Of a stretch of 64,000 nt of DNA, positions 45,800 through 56,464 are shown in pieces; within the stretch, counting starts at the first letter, position 1; every line of letters starts with the position of its first letter. Below the pieces are notes generated by a model. The model ran no database searches. It was not told the origin of the DNA and saw only the letters and a list, made by a program, of their open reading frames with translations. Source of the stretch: Cognatishimia sp. (GTDB taxonomy: Bacteria; Pseudomonadota; Alphaproteobacteria; Rhodobacterales; Rhodobacteraceae). The stretch is from assembly GCF_049116455.1 (NCBI RefSeq), contig NZ_JAGDYW010000006.1, positions 11,321 to 75,320 on the forward strand, in the 5' to 3' direction. The translations under genes were made by a program, and so were the position numbers.

Positions 45800-47304
45800 T
45801 GCAGCATCAATCGGTAAAACCCGCGATCTCTGTCCGGGGATTGAAAAAATCCTTTTCAGGCAAGGTTGTCGTGAATGGTGTTGAATTTGACCTTCGCCCC
45901 GGCGAGGCATTGGCTCTGGTCGGTGAAAATGGCGCAGGGAAATCCACAACGAAGAACATGCTCTGCGGGTTGTTGGAACCGACCGAAGGAGAGATCTTGG
46001 TCAATGGGCAAGCCGTTGAGCGGATCAACACCGCTGAACACGGCGTGTCGGCTGTTCACCAAGAGCTGTCTTTGTTTGGGTCTCTGACGGTTGCAGAAAA
46101 TATCTGTGTATCGGATCTGCCCGGACCATCCGCCCGCGTGAATTGGGCTAAGGCAGAAAAGATCGCAAAAGAGCAGATCGACTTTCTTGGGATCGAAATT
46201 GATCCGCGTGCTTTGATTGAAACTCTGGGCGCAGGCAAACAGCAGGTGGTGGAAATCGCCAAAGCGCTTTTGCATGCAGATCGTGTTTTGATCCTGGATG
46301 AACCCACGACCTCGCTGACAGCGGTTGAACGTGAAAAGCTATTTGCCATCATTGATAAGCTGAAAGAGCGCGGGCTTGGCATCATCTTTATCTCTCACTT
46401 CATGGAAGAGATTTACCGCGTCTGTGACACTTTCCTTGTGCTGCGCGATGGGCAGCAGGTGGGGCAGGGTGCACTCGCAGATGTGCCCCAACGCGCCTTA
46501 GAAGAGATGATGGTCGGGCGCACTCTGAAAGATGCGCAGGTTGATCTGACCGCGCCAACTGACGAGGTCGGCCTAGAAGTGCGTGGGCTATCCGGTACCG
46601 ATTTCAAGGACGTCACTTTCAGCGTCAATAAAGGTGAAATCTTGGGGATATCTGGCCTTATGGGCGCTGGACGGACTGAGGTGGCCGAAGCTATCTTTGG
46701 TCTACGCCGCGCCACAGGTGAGATCGTTGCCCATGGCGAGGTGGTCAAAGATCGATCTGTTGCAGGCCTGAAGGCGCGCGGGCTTTGCTACATCACAGAA
46801 GATCGGCGCAGCAACGGCCTGTTCTTAAACCGTCCAGTGCGTGAAAACCTCTCCGCTTCGGCAATTCTGGCTTTTGTGAAACGCAAGCTTTCTGGCTTTG
46901 GTTTTCGGGGTGAGCGCCGTAAGGCCGGTGAGGTTGTGGACACAATGAACGTATCCATTCCACATATCGAAAACGATGTGAGCGATCTGTCAGGGGGCAA
47001 CCAGCAAAAAGTGCTGCTGGGTCGTTGGCTGGCGATGGACCCGGAAATTCTCATTTTCGATGAGCCGACCAAAGGCGTGGATATTGGGGCAAAGTTCGAC
47101 ATTCACGCGGCGATTGCAGATTTGGCGCGCGCTGGGAAAACCATCGTGATTGTATCCTCTGATTTGCCAGAACTCCTACACACCACTCACCGCATGTTGG
47201 CGATGCGCAAAGGGCGCGTTGTCGGGGAGTTTCAGCGCGAAGACTACGACGCAGTCAAAATCATTTCACTTGCCGCAAGTGCCGGTGGGGAGGCAGAAGT
47301 ATGA
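45796..47304 (+). CDS. Sugar ABC transporter ATP-binding protein (RbsA-like, duplicated NBD)
   Basis: Walker A GENGAGKST, Walker B LILDEPT and LIFDEPTKGVD, and signature LSGGNQQK. Its ATGA overlaps the upstream gene. Confidence 0.9.
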   Translation: MMQHQSVKPAISVRGLKKSFSGKVVVNGVEFDLRPGEALALVGENGAGKSTTKNMLCGLLEPTEGEILVNGQAVERINTAEHGVSAVHQELSLFGSLTVAENICVSDLPGPSARVNWAKAEKIAKEQIDFLGIEIDPRALIETLGAGKQQVVEIAKALLHADRVLILDEPTTSLTAVEREKLFAIIDKLKERGLGIIFISHFMEEIYRVCDTFLVLRDGQQVGQGALADVPQRALEEMMVGRTLKDAQVDLTAPTDEVGLEVRGLSGTDFKDVTFSVNKGEILGISGLMGAGRTEVAEAIFGLRRATGEIVAHGEVVKDRSVAGLKARGLCYITEDRRSNGLFLNRPVRENLSASAILAFVKRKLSGFGFRGERRKAGEVVDTMNVSIPHIENDVSDLSGGNQQKVLLGRWLAMDPEILIFDEPTKGVDIGAKFDIHAAIADLARAGKTIVIVSSDLPELLHTTHRMLAMRKGRVVGEFQREDYDAVKIISLAASAGGEAEV

Positions 47305-48311
47305 GCCAGAAACTTCGATCCTTGATGTCGCGTCAGAAATGGGTGGCCATTGCACTGGCGACCATTGTGCTGGCGGGCATTCTATCCGTTGTGTCACCGG
47401 TTTTTCTGACCCTGTCGAATTTTCAGGCCATTTTGGTGCAGTCCAGTGTGACAGCTATCATGGCCATTGGGATGACCTTTATTATCCTCACCGCGGGCAT
47501 TGATATTTCGGTTGGAGCCATTCTCTTTGTGACCTCTGCGCTGTTTGCGCAGCTCTACATGGACACAGAGAGCTATTTGATCGCCTTCACGGCTACGATC
47601 ACCTGCGCGACCCTGTTGGGGGCTTTGAACGGGCTATTGGTGGTGAAGTTCAAGATTTCGCCTCTGATTACTACACTGGCAACGTATTCCATCTATCGTG
47701 GTGCGGCGATCCATTTGACGGGGGCACAGAACATTCCAGTACCGCGTGAGATGGGTTTTATAGGCAATGGCCGCATATTGGGCATTCCGGTGCCAATCTT
47801 GATATTGATCGTGGTGCTGATCATTGGGGTCTACGTGCTAAGTCGCACGCGGCTTGGTGTGTATACGCGCGCAATTGGGAATTCTGAACGCTCTGCCAAA
47901 GAAACAAATCTGCCTGTCGACAAGGTTTTAATCCTTGTCTACGGCTTTAGTGGATTGGTGACTGGAATTGCGGCACTGATCCTGCTTGCACGGGTTGGCG
48001 GGTTGCAATCAGGCATCGGGATCGGGATCGAATTTACCGTGATTGCGGCTGTGATCTTGGGTGGGACAAAACTCAGTGGTGGGTCTGGAACCGTAGTCGG
48101 TTCTGTCATCGGAGCGGTCTTTCTTGTGTTGATCGACAATGGCCTGAACCTGATGAATGCCTCGCCCTACATCTATGACATCGTGCGTGGGTCTGTGCTT
48201 TTGGCGGCGGTTGCCATCGACCGATATTCTGCAGTGCGTCAGCAAGCCTCTCTGGAGGCGCAGCGCGCCGAACGCATTGGTATTGATACGCCGCGCGTCG
48301 CCGCCGAATGA
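47301..48311 (+). CDS. Sugar ABC transporter permease (RbsC-like, second subunit)
   Basis: A 336-aa polytopic protein with the AGIDISVGA motif. Its ATGA overlaps the ATPase gene. Confidence 0.88.
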   Translation: MSQKLRSLMSRQKWVAIALATIVLAGILSVVSPVFLTLSNFQAILVQSSVTAIMAIGMTFIILTAGIDISVGAILFVTSALFAQLYMDTESYLIAFTATITCATLLGALNGLLVVKFKISPLITTLATYSIYRGAAIHLTGAQNIPVPREMGFIGNGRILGIPVPILILIVVLIIGVYVLSRTRLGVYTRAIGNSERSAKETNLPVDKVLILVYGFSGLVTGIAALILLARVGGLQSGIGIGIEFTVIAAVILGGTKLSGGSGTVVGSVIGAVFLVLIDNGLNLMNASPYIYDIVRGSVLLAAVAIDRYSAVRQQASLEAQRAERIGIDTPRVAAE

Positions 48312-48341
48312 AGCAAACCGCAAAGCAAGAGGAGCGGGCGA

Positions 48342-48704
48342 ATGGCCAAGATTATTCACGTGAGTGACAGGAGTGAGACCAAAGACACACCTAAGTTTGA
48401 TGCGGTTCCGGAACTCGGCATTGAATATGCAGTACTCGCCGAATTGCCTGGCAAAGGTGTGACCTTTGCCAAGGGGCGCGTGCCCGCGGGCGGCGAAGTT
48501 CCAATGCATGCGGGTCCAAACGACTACGCGCTTTATGTGACACAGGGCAGTGGCCAGCTCACGCTATACAACGCCGACGGAAAAGAGACAGACCGCCTGC
48601 CTTTTGCGGCTGGTGATTTGATCATGTTCCCGCCGAATGCAGAGCATGGCTGGATCAACGAGAGCGACAACGCCTTTGAATGGTTCGGGGTTGATCTGGC
48701 TTGA
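48342..48704 (+). CDS. Cupin-domain protein
   Basis: A 120-aa protein with cupin-like motifs (GGEVPMHAGPNDYALYV, MFPPNAEHGWIN). It is the last gene of the operon. Confidence 0.7.
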   Translation: MAKIIHVSDRSETKDTPKFDAVPELGIEYAVLAELPGKGVTFAKGRVPAGGEVPMHAGPNDYALYVTQGSGQLTLYNADGKETDRLPFAAGDLIMFPPNAEHGWINESDNAFEWFGVDLA

Positions 48705-48725
48705 ACATAATAAATCAGAAATGAA

Positions 48726-48750
48726 AAAGCGCCCCAATCTGGGGCGCTTT
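48726..48750. terminator. Bidirectional rho-independent terminator between convergent operons
   Basis: AAAGCGCCCC, loop aatct, then GGGGCGCTTT. This is a 10-bp stem with A/T runs on both sides. Confidence 0.8.
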
Positions 48751-48777
48751 CTATTTGCGACATGCGATCTTGGTTGA

Positions 48778-50211
48778 TCAGAACTTCTGATAGACCGTCC
48801 GTTTTTGCAGGTATCCTTCGATACCATGTACGCCATCCTCGCCACCCACACCGCTGAGTTTGTGGCCATTGTGATAGCCTTGGATGTAGCCAATGATACC
48901 GGTGTTCAGGAAGATTGTGCCGGTTTCCATACGTTGGATTGCGTCCATATAAACGGATGGGTTCTGTGTCCAGAGATAGGCTGAGAGACCATCAGGACGA
49001 TCATTGGCGATGGCCAGCGCTTCTTCGTAATCCTTCACGCGCACGATTGGTAGAACAGGCCCGAAGATCTCTTCTTGAACCGCTGCGGTTTCTGGTGTTG
49101 CGTCCACCAGAACCGTCGGCTCAAACCAGTTCCCGCCTTGGAACTCCGCTTCGGTCGGACGCTTGCCACCAATGGCGATTTTCGCACCACCTGCAACGGA
49201 GCCCGCGACGATGCGCTCGACACGTTCCAGTGCCGCAGGTGTGGTGATCGGCCCCATGCCACCATTGGTGGCCGGATCGCCCAGTTTGACTTCGGCCGCG
49301 CGTTTCAACAGCTTTTCTGTGAACTCATCAGCGATGGCCTCTTCGACCAATACGGTTTCGTTGCAGATACAGACCTGACCGGCGTTGGCGAAACGTGCGA
49401 TGACCGCTGCTTCGACTGCAGCATCAATATCTGCATCTTTCAGAACGATGAATGGTGCCGAGCCCCCAAGCTCCAGAGACAGCGCCGTGATGTTCTTCGC
49501 TGAGGCCTCTGCAATCATCTGACCGGCGCGGATAGAGCCTGTCAGGGTGATCATACGTACAATCGGGCTTTCGGTGAGCGGCGCGCCGACTTCGGCGCCA
49601 GTGCCGGTGACCATATTGATCACGCCCGCAGGCACGCCAGCTTCTTTCACGATGCGACAGAACACCGAAGCAGTCACAGGGGTCGCTTCGTGCGGCTTGA
49701 TGATCATGGTGTTGCCCGTCACAAGCGCGGGGCCAACTTTACGCCCGATCAATGCAAGCGGGTAGTTGTACGCCATTAAGCCAAGCGTCACGCCGTAAGG
49801 CACTTTGTAGATAAAGAGCTGCTCTCGTGGGTTATCAGACGGGAAGATATCCCCACGCAGACGGCGCGCTGCTTCGGCTGAATAGGTCATGTACCGGATC
49901 GTATCCGTGACTTCACCTGCGGCCTCGGCACGGGATTTACCCTGTTCTTTAACAAGTAGCTCCTCAAACAGGTCACGCTCTTTTTCGATACCCTCTGCAA
50001 TCGCATAGATGTGTTGGGCCCGTTGGATGGGCGGCAGAAGCGCCCAGTCCTTTTGTGCCTTTTGCGAGCTGGCCAAAGCGCGCGCAACATCGTCGCCGGT
50101 GCAGGCTGGAACCTCGGCCCATTGCTCGCCCGTTGCCGGGTTTGCAACGGACATCCGCGCGCCGTTTGAGGCGTCGATGAACTCGTTATCAATAAAGCTC
50201 TGATAATACAT
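48778..50211 (-). CDS. NAD-dependent aldehyde dehydrogenase, AldA-like (second copy)
   Basis: A 477-aa protein carrying ELGGSAP, the catalytic Cys context [10 protein letters not shown], and an AldA-like C-terminus ([24 protein letters not shown]). Confidence 0.85.
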   Translation of the reverse strand: MYYQSFIDNEFIDASNGARMSVANPATGEQWAEVPACTGDDVARALASSQKAQKDWALLPPIQRAQHIYAIAEGIEKERDLFEELLVKEQGKSRAEAAGEVTDTIRYMTYSAEAARRLRGDIFPSDNPREQLFIYKVPYGVTLGLMAYNYPLALIGRKVGPALVTGNTMIIKPHEATPVTASVFCRIVKEAGVPAGVINMVTGTGAEVGAPLTESPIVRMITLTGSIRAGQMIAEASAKNITALSLELGGSAPFIVLKDADIDAAVEAAVIARFANAGQVCICNETVLVEEAIADEFTEKLLKRAAEVKLGDPATNGGMGPITTPAALERVERIVAGSVAGGAKIAIGGKRPTEAEFQGGNWFEPTVLVDATPETAAVQEEIFGPVLPIVRVKDYEEALAIANDRPDGLSAYLWTQNPSVYMDAIQRMETGTIFLNTGIIGYIQGYHNGHKLSGVGGEDGVHGIEGYLQKRTVYQKF

Positions 50212-50222
50212 CTTTGGTTCCT

Positions 50223-51722
50223 TTAATGGGCCTGACCAACGCCGGCGATATCTGCAAGCATCTGGTCTTTATCAAACTTAGGATAGGTGAATTCCGATAT
50301 GGATTGACCTTGGTAGAGGGTCAAAACACGGTCCGCGAGCATAATCACCTCATCGATTTCGTATGATAGGATCAGAATGCCGACCCCGCGTTCAGCCATG
50401 TCTTCGATGATCCGGTAGATATCAGCCTTAGCATGGACATCGATACCACGGGTCGGCTCTAGAAGGATCAGGAATTCAAGGTCAGGGTCCAGCCAGCGCG
50501 AGAAGCAGATTTTCTGCTTATTGCCTCCTGACAAGAAACGGATTTCCTGGTTCGGGCTAGAGGTTTTGGTGGAGGTGTCAGCAATCGCTTTTGTAACCAC
50601 GTTTTCAATGGCACGACCATCAAGGATGCCCGCCTTTTGGGATTTCTCTAAGAAGGGAAGGGCGATGTTGTCGCGCACTGAGAGCTGCGGGAGAATACCG
50701 TTCTTGTCCCGGTTTTCCGTCACAAGCCCCATACCGTCGCTCACTGCGACCGCTGGTCCGCGCCCCGGTTTCAACTTGCTGCCCCGGTAAGTGATGCTGC
50801 CTTCGTAGTCGCCATCTAGACCGAATATCGCCTTGGCGAGTTCCGGCGCACCACAGCCGCGCAGACCAGTCATGACGAGAATTTCGCCCCGGTGAACATC
50901 AAACGAAATGTCTTTATAGGTTTCGTTCTTTGAGAGGCCAGAAACAGAGACCAAAACTTCGCCCAGTATGTCTTTGTGGGGTTTCACAAAGTTCTCAAGT
51001 TCGCTGCCGGTCATGGTCGCAATGACGGCGTCCTCAGTTGTTTCCGCCGTTCGTTCTGACAGAACAATCTCGCCATCGCGCATAACGGTCACCTGTTCGG
51101 CGATGCCAAAGATTTCGGGCATATGGTGCGATATATAGATGATCGAAATGCCTTCGGCTTTCATCCGGTCGATGAATTCGAAAAGGCGACCCTTGTCTTC
51201 TTCTGACAGCGCAGAGGTCGGCTCGTCCATCACAATCAGCCAGCTGTCTGACATCAGCGCTCGGATAATTTCGACGATCTGTTTTTCACCCGAGTTCAAC
51301 TCGCGGATGGGTTTGTAGGGATCAAGATCAAGACCGAAACGATCCAGCTGCTCTTTTACCTGACGTGCCATTTCACGTTTGTCGAGGAAGGGGCCGTTCT
51401 TTTTCAATTCGCGACCAAGGAAAATATTGCCCGCAACCGTTAATTCGTTGATCAGGGAATATTCCTGGTGGATCATTGAAATGCCTTGCGCGCTGGCATC
51501 AGAGGGGGAGTTGATCTCAACCGGAGCGCCATTCACTTCGATGGTGCCAGAGTCACGCTCGATCACCCCCCCTAGAACTTTCATGAGGGTTGATTTCCCG
51601 GCACCGTTCAGACCAACGAGGGCATGCACTTCGCCTGAGACACAGGAGAAATTCACATTGTTCAGGGCGCGGGTGGCAAAGAAGCTTTTGTCGATGCCCT
51701 TCATGTCGATGCGATTACCCAT
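50223..51722 (-). CDS. Sugar ABC transporter ATP-binding protein (RbsA-like, duplicated NBD)
   Basis: Walker [10 protein letters not shown], Walker B IVMDEPTS and [11 protein letters not shown], and signature [11 protein letters not shown] at 51722 overlaps the permease TGA by 1 nt. Confidence 0.9.
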   Translation of the reverse strand: MGNRIDMKGIDKSFFATRALNNVNFSCVSGEVHALVGLNGAGKSTLMKVLGGVIERDSGTIEVNGAPVEINSPSDASAQGISMIHQEYSLINELTVAGNIFLGRELKKNGPFLDKREMARQVKEQLDRFGLDLDPYKPIRELNSGEKQIVEIIRALMSDSWLIVMDEPTSALSEEDKGRLFEFIDRMKAEGISIIYISHHMPEIFGIAEQVTVMRDGEIVLSERTAETTEDAVIATMTGSELENFVKPHKDILGEVLVSVSGLSKNETYKDISFDVHRGEILVMTGLRGCGAPELAKAIFGLDGDYEGSITYRGSKLKPGRGPAVAVSDGMGLVTENRDKNGILPQLSVRDNIALPFLEKSQKAGILDGRAIENVVTKAIADTSTKTSSPNQEIRFLSGGNKQKICFSRWLDPDLEFLILLEPTRGIDVHAKADIYRIIEDMAERGVGILILSYEIDEVIMLADRVLTLYQGQSISEFTYPKFDKDQMLADIAGVGQAH

Positions 51723-52693
51723 CACGCTTTACCTCGCTGTGTATATGTGTCGAGCAGGACAACACCCAAGAGAATTGCGCCTTTGATAACGCTTTGCAGG
51801 TATGGGTTGGTGCCTGTCAGGACGAGACCGTTGATGATGATGCCGTAGAGCAGCACTCCAAGGATCGTGCCGAGCAGTTTGCCGCGTCCACCATCGAGGG
51901 CGGTGCCCCCTAGAATAACGGCGGTGATGGCGTCAAATTCAAGATAGAGCCCGGTCCAGGGTTGACCAGAAGAAACCCTGCCAACGGTGATGATTGCTGA
52001 AAGACCTGCAAGTGCGCCTGTCAGGACATAGACCCAGATCAGTTTGCGGCCAGGCTGGCGACCCAGGACGAAGGCCGTATTGAAGTTTGATCCGGTCGCA
52101 TAAACATCGCGGCCGAAGCTGGTCTTATACAAAAGCACGGAAAGCGCTGCGAACATCAGGATCACGAATGGGATCACCACTGGCATGTTGCCCCAGCTGG
52201 TGCCGCCGAGCCACAAGAAGACCGGATCATGAACGTTGATTGAGTCAGCGTCATAGATCACAAGCGCCAGACCTCGGGCGAGGGCAAAGGTCGCAAGCGT
52301 CACCATGAAGGCCGAGAGCTGTAATTTGCCAATAAAGAAGCCGTTGAGCCAACCGATGGCCATGCCCGCAATGAGCGCGGCTCCAAAGCCCAGCCAAGGG
52401 CTGCCGGTAGACACAAGGGTGACAACCCCAACACCACCGGAAAACGCGACGTTTGAGCCAACAGAAAGGTCGATCCCGCCTGTCAGCATGACAAAGGTCA
52501 TGCCCATAGACACCAAGAACAGAACAGAAATGGACCGCAGCAAAATGCCAATATTGGTCATGGAGTAGAAATTGTCATTGGCCATGCTGAAGCCAATAGA
52601 GGCGATCACAATCAAGCCGACCAAAACCGCGTAGCGCAGGGTCAGTCCATCAAGTGAGAAACTGGGGCGAGAGGTTGCCGGAATATCTGCCAT
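51722..52693 (-). CDS. Sugar ABC transporter permease (RbsC-like)
   Basis: A polytopic protein with the GGIDLSVGS motif. I chose ATG at 52693 (MADIPATS...). The ORF-track TTG at 52738 is an alternative. Confidence 0.85.
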   Translation of the reverse strand: MADIPATSRPSFSLDGLTLRYAVLVGLIVIASIGFSMANDNFYSMTNIGILLRSISVLFLVSMGMTFVMLTGGIDLSVGSNVAFSGGVGVVTLVSTGSPWLGFGAALIAGMAIGWLNGFFIGKLQLSAFMVTLATFALARGLALVIYDADSINVHDPVFLWLGGTSWGNMPVVIPFVILMFAALSVLLYKTSFGRDVYATGSNFNTAFVLGRQPGRKLIWVYVLTGALAGLSAIITVGRVSSGQPWTGLYLEFDAITAVILGGTALDGGRGKLLGTILGVLLYGIIINGLVLTGTNPYLQSVIKGAILLGVVLLDTYTQRGKA

Positions 52694-52748
52694 CTTGGGA
52701 GTCCTTTGAATGGGCCTTGGCACCCCGATGGGCGCCAAGGCAAAGCTT

Positions 52749-53786
52749 TTACTTCACAGAATCTGGGCCGAACTCGAGGTAGCCTTTTGCAGCCACTTCC
52801 AGTGCCTCTTCCACGTGATAGACCTGAACATCAGCTGGAAAGCCGTTTGCCAGAGCAGCCTCGTGGTTTGCTTTGCTCAGAACCAGTGGGGTGAAGAAGT
52901 CATAGACTTTGTCGAGTTCTTCGCCTTTGTGGATGCGGTAGGCCATCTGAACAAAGTTCCAGCCTTCGCGTGTGCCAGACAGCAGAATATCCGCTTTGAC
53001 GTTGCCGCCTTCCATCTGAGAGATGATCGGAATGTCGCCATCATAGCCATAGAAGTCGATATCATCGCGGCCAGAGTTCTGGGACACGGCAATCGCTGGG
53101 TACATGTAACCGTCGGTCACACCAGAAATCGCATCCAGATCGGGGAACTGTGTCAGCCAGTTTTCGGTGATGGTCTGAGCCTTCACGGTGTCCCAATCTG
53201 CAGGCTGTTCTGCCACGATTTCAATGTTGTCACAGGTTGCGATGCCTTTCAGGATACCTTCACGACGTGCTTCGCCGGATGGGTTACCTGCTTGGCCCAG
53301 CATGATGCCGACTTTGTAAGGTTCTCCGCCTGAAAGGGCGCACATTGCCATACCTTGGTTGGTGCCGTTCACAACGTCACCCAGTGTAAAGCTATAGTCT
53401 GCGCTTTCCATTGGGGAGTGTACTGCGATCCAAGTGATGCCTTCTGCCTGCGCTTTTGCGACCAGTGGCTCAAACGCATCGACGTTGATTGCGTTCACAA
53501 ACATCACTTCTGGCTTTTCGTTGATGGTCACCTCAGCCTGCTGGATCATTTTCTCCAGTGAGCCTTCAGCAGACAGCCAGCGACCTGAGATTTTCACATC
53601 GTCAAAGGCATCGTCATAGGCTTTCAAGGCATCCTCAAACCCAGATAGCCAAGCGACGTGGTAGGGTGCGACGTGGCCATCGTTGATGAAAACAACATCC
53701 AGCGTGCCGTCATCGGCCAGCGCGGTTGTCCCCATCATTGAACCAGCGACAGCAAGTCCCGCAGTCAGTTTGGTAAGCGTATTCAT
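52749..53786 (-). CDS. Sugar ABC transporter substrate-binding protein (RbsB-like)
   Basis: A 345-aa protein with a signal peptide (MNTLTKLTAGLAVAGSMMGTTALA) and a type I periplasmic-binding fold sequence. Confidence 0.88.
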   Translation of the reverse strand: MNTLTKLTAGLAVAGSMMGTTALADDGTLDVVFINDGHVAPYHVAWLSGFEDALKAYDDAFDDVKISGRWLSAEGSLEKMIQQAEVTINEKPEVMFVNAINVDAFEPLVAKAQAEGITWIAVHSPMESADYSFTLGDVVNGTNQGMAMCALSGGEPYKVGIMLGQAGNPSGEARREGILKGIATCDNIEIVAEQPADWDTVKAQTITENWLTQFPDLDAISGVTDGYMYPAIAVSQNSGRDDIDFYGYDGDIPIISQMEGGNVKADILLSGTREGWNFVQMAYRIHKGEELDKVYDFFTPLVLSKANHEAALANGFPADVQVYHVEEALEVAAKGYLEFGPDSVK

Positions 53787-53852
53787 TCTTATTCTCCTCC
53801 TAGTAAGAATTTGTGGTGGAGGTGGTGAAAGCCACCTCTCATTTATGCGTTG

Positions 53853-54809
53853 TTAGTGCGCCTCAGCCTGGCGGGATTGCCACAGCACCCAGTTGACGCC
53901 GAGCGCCGCCAGAATAATTGAGCCCTTGAACACCTGGTGCCAGACGTCGGTGACGTTCAGCAGGTTCAAGGCGTTGTTGGTGACACCGATGAACAAAAGC
54001 CCCCAAAAGGCGCCGGTCACAGTGCCGCGCCCGCCAAGGATCAGAGTTCCACCGATAATGATGGCCGCGATGCCATCCAAAAGCAGACCGTTGCCATCAA
54101 GGCCCGGCTGCACAAAGCCCATACGAGAGGACAGGATTACGCCTGCAAACCCGCTGCAGAGCGCAGAGAACATGAAGATACCGATTTTCACGCGATCGAC
54201 GTTGATACCGGCCAGTTTCGCGTTTTCCTCGCTATTGCCGATTGCAATCACATAAGCGCCCCAGCGCGTGTGATTGTAGACAATATAGGCCAGCGCAAAG
54301 AGCAGGACGAGGAACAGGAAGCTGGCATAGAAGCCAAAGTACTTCTCAGCGCCGACAAACCGGAAAAAGCCGCCCATCAAGAAAATCTGCTGCCCTCGGG
54401 GGATGATCAGGCCTGACAGCCCCTGAGCGATGAACAGACCCGCCAAGGTCACGATAAACGACGGGAGCTTTAACTTTGCTACCAGCAGCCCATTCACTAA
54501 ACCAAACGCCAGTGAAAAAACGATAACGGCAACAATCCCAAGGGCGACGCCTCCGGTGATCCCAAAGATCACCCCAAGCACGATTGCAAAGAGAACCGAT
54601 CCCATGCCCATAGACAGGTCGATATTGCCAGAGACGACCACAAAGAACTGACCCAAGGCGATCAGGCCAATCGGTACGATCTGGCGCGAGATTGCCGACA
54701 TGTTGTCGACGCTCAAGAACCGTGGGCTGATCAAAAAGAACACCAGGCAAAGCGCGATGGTGACAAAGATGATGTTATGCTCTCGAAAGAGCTTGGCGAA
54801 GCTAGTCAT
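53853..54809 (-). CDS. Sugar ABC transporter permease (RbsC-like)
   Basis: A 318-aa polytopic protein with the GNIDLSMGM motif. It starts 1 nt after the GMC gene stop. Confidence 0.88.
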   Translation of the reverse strand: MTSFAKLFREHNIIFVTIALCLVFFLISPRFLSVDNMSAISRQIVPIGLIALGQFFVVVSGNIDLSMGMGSVLFAIVLGVIFGITGGVALGIVAVIVFSLAFGLVNGLLVAKLKLPSFIVTLAGLFIAQGLSGLIIPRGQQIFLMGGFFRFVGAEKYFGFYASFLFLVLLFALAYIVYNHTRWGAYVIAIGNSEENAKLAGINVDRVKIGIFMFSALCSGFAGVILSSRMGFVQPGLDGNGLLLDGIAAIIIGGTLILGGRGTVTGAFWGLLFIGVTNNALNLLNVTDVWHQVFKGSIILAALGVNWVLWQSRQAEAH

Positions 54810-54810
54810 A

Positions 54811-56442
54811 TCAGAGTTCTCCGAGCACCATTTGAGCGCAGCGCTGGCCGAGCATCATGGCAGGTGCGTTGGTGTTACCGGCTGGGATTTCTGGCGCTGC
54901 GGACATATCGCAAACGCGCAGGCCTTCGACGCCACGCACGCGCATCCGAGCGTCAAGAACAGCCATTTTATCGCCATCTGCGCCCATCTTTGCGGTGCAA
55001 GCCGGGTGGTAGTTTGTTTTCACAAATTCGCGGCAGTGATCCTTTAACCCTTCATCCGTGAATTTGTCTGGGAGCGGCGCAACAATTTCCTGCACACGAT
55101 CCGCCAATGGTTTGGTTTCCATGGTCTGGCGGAAATAGCGCAGGCCGGTCACCATAGCCTCCATATCCCGTTCATCTTTCAGGAAGTTCGGTGAAATCAG
55201 AGGCATGTCATCGGGGTTCGAAGAGGCCAGTTTCACTTCGCCGCGAGAATGCGGTTTCAGAAGGACGATCTGGATCGAAACGCCGTGCCCATCGCCGATC
55301 TCTTTGAGCTTCTCTTCATCCAGATACATGATCGGGATGCAGTAAGCTTCGTGCGTTGGAGGCGCTTCCGGATCTGTTGGGTTCACAAACACCGCTGCTT
55401 CAAGGCCGGTTGTTGTGATCTTGCCGCGTTTGAAGAGTTTGAACTCAATCCCGTTGCGGATCATGTTCCACCCGCGATCCTGACCCCAATACCCATATGG
55501 ACCATTCGCACGGGCCACGATGGAGACATCCGGATGATCCTGTAAGTTCTGACCCACACCCGGCAGATCAGAAACCACGTCGATGCCGTGTTCCTTCAGG
55601 TGATCTGCTGGACCAATACCTGAAAGCATCAGGATTTTTGGCGTGATCAACGCGCCAGATGACAGAAGGACTTCACCTTTTGTGCGTGCGGTTTTCAAAA
55701 CGCCAGATTTGTCTTTGTACTGAACGCCAACCGCACGGCCATCCTCGATAAGGATTTTCTGCACACGCGCATTCAGGCGAACAGTCAAGCGCTTGTCTTT
55801 CGCCCGCATCAGTGGTTCGACGAAAGCATAGGCTGCCGAAACGCGCTGACCTTGATTGTAGGTGAACTGGAAATAGCCCACACCGCGCTGATCTTTGCCG
55901 TTGAAGTCTGGATTGAACGGCTCACCCTGAGCCTGAATGGCCTGTACAAACCAACGCGCGACATCGTCGATATAGCCGGGATCAGACACCGTAAGCTTGC
56001 CCTCAGCACCATGCAGATCGTCGTTAAACTTGCGGTTGCCTTCCAGCGAAATGAAGTTAGTGAGAACCTCTTTCCATTCCCAGCTGACTGCATCGTTGTT
56101 GCCGCGCAGGATTTCGTGCCATTCTTCATAGTCCGATGGGCGACCACGTACATAGGCTTGGCCGTTCACCGAAGACCCTCCCCCAAGAACATTACCCTGT
56201 GGGATTTCGGCTTTCCGTCCGTTCAGGTGATCCTGCGGGACAGATTCATGTGTTTTAAAGAATTTCGAGCCGTTTTTCAGCAGTTTGAACACGCCCGGTG
56301 GCATGTCCAGCAATGGATGCCGGTGGTGGTGTCCAGCCTCCAGCAACAAAACATTCTTGTTGCCAGACTCGACCAGATGTGAGGTGGCGACACAACCTGA
56401 CGAGCCGCCTCCAATCACAATGTGATCATATGTTTCTGTCAT
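54811..56442 (-). CDS. GMC-family FAD-dependent oxidoreductase (paralogue of 26097-27719)
   Basis: It carries the FAD motif DHIVIGGGSSGCVATSHL and the signatures GGSSVNGQAYVRG and NYHPACTAKMG. ATG at 56442 is preceded by GGAGGGAT. By eye it is about 60% identical to the other GMC protein over the N-terminal 200 residues. Confidence 0.88.
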   Translation of the reverse strand: MTETYDHIVIGGGSSGCVATSHLVESGNKNVLLLEAGHHHRHPLLDMPPGVFKLLKNGSKFFKTHESVPQDHLNGRKAEIPQGNVLGGGSSVNGQAYVRGRPSDYEEWHEILRGNNDAVSWEWKEVLTNFISLEGNRKFNDDLHGAEGKLTVSDPGYIDDVARWFVQAIQAQGEPFNPDFNGKDQRGVGYFQFTYNQGQRVSAAYAFVEPLMRAKDKRLTVRLNARVQKILIEDGRAVGVQYKDKSGVLKTARTKGEVLLSSGALITPKILMLSGIGPADHLKEHGIDVVSDLPGVGQNLQDHPDVSIVARANGPYGYWGQDRGWNMIRNGIEFKLFKRGKITTTGLEAAVFVNPTDPEAPPTHEAYCIPIMYLDEEKLKEIGDGHGVSIQIVLLKPHSRGEVKLASSNPDDMPLISPNFLKDERDMEAMVTGLRYFRQTMETKPLADRVQEIVAPLPDKFTDEGLKDHCREFVKTNYHPACTAKMGADGDKMAVLDARMRVRGVEGLRVCDMSAAPEIPAGNTNAPAMMLGQRCAQMVLGEL

Positions 56443-56464
56443 ATCCCTCCCAACTTTTGCCCGG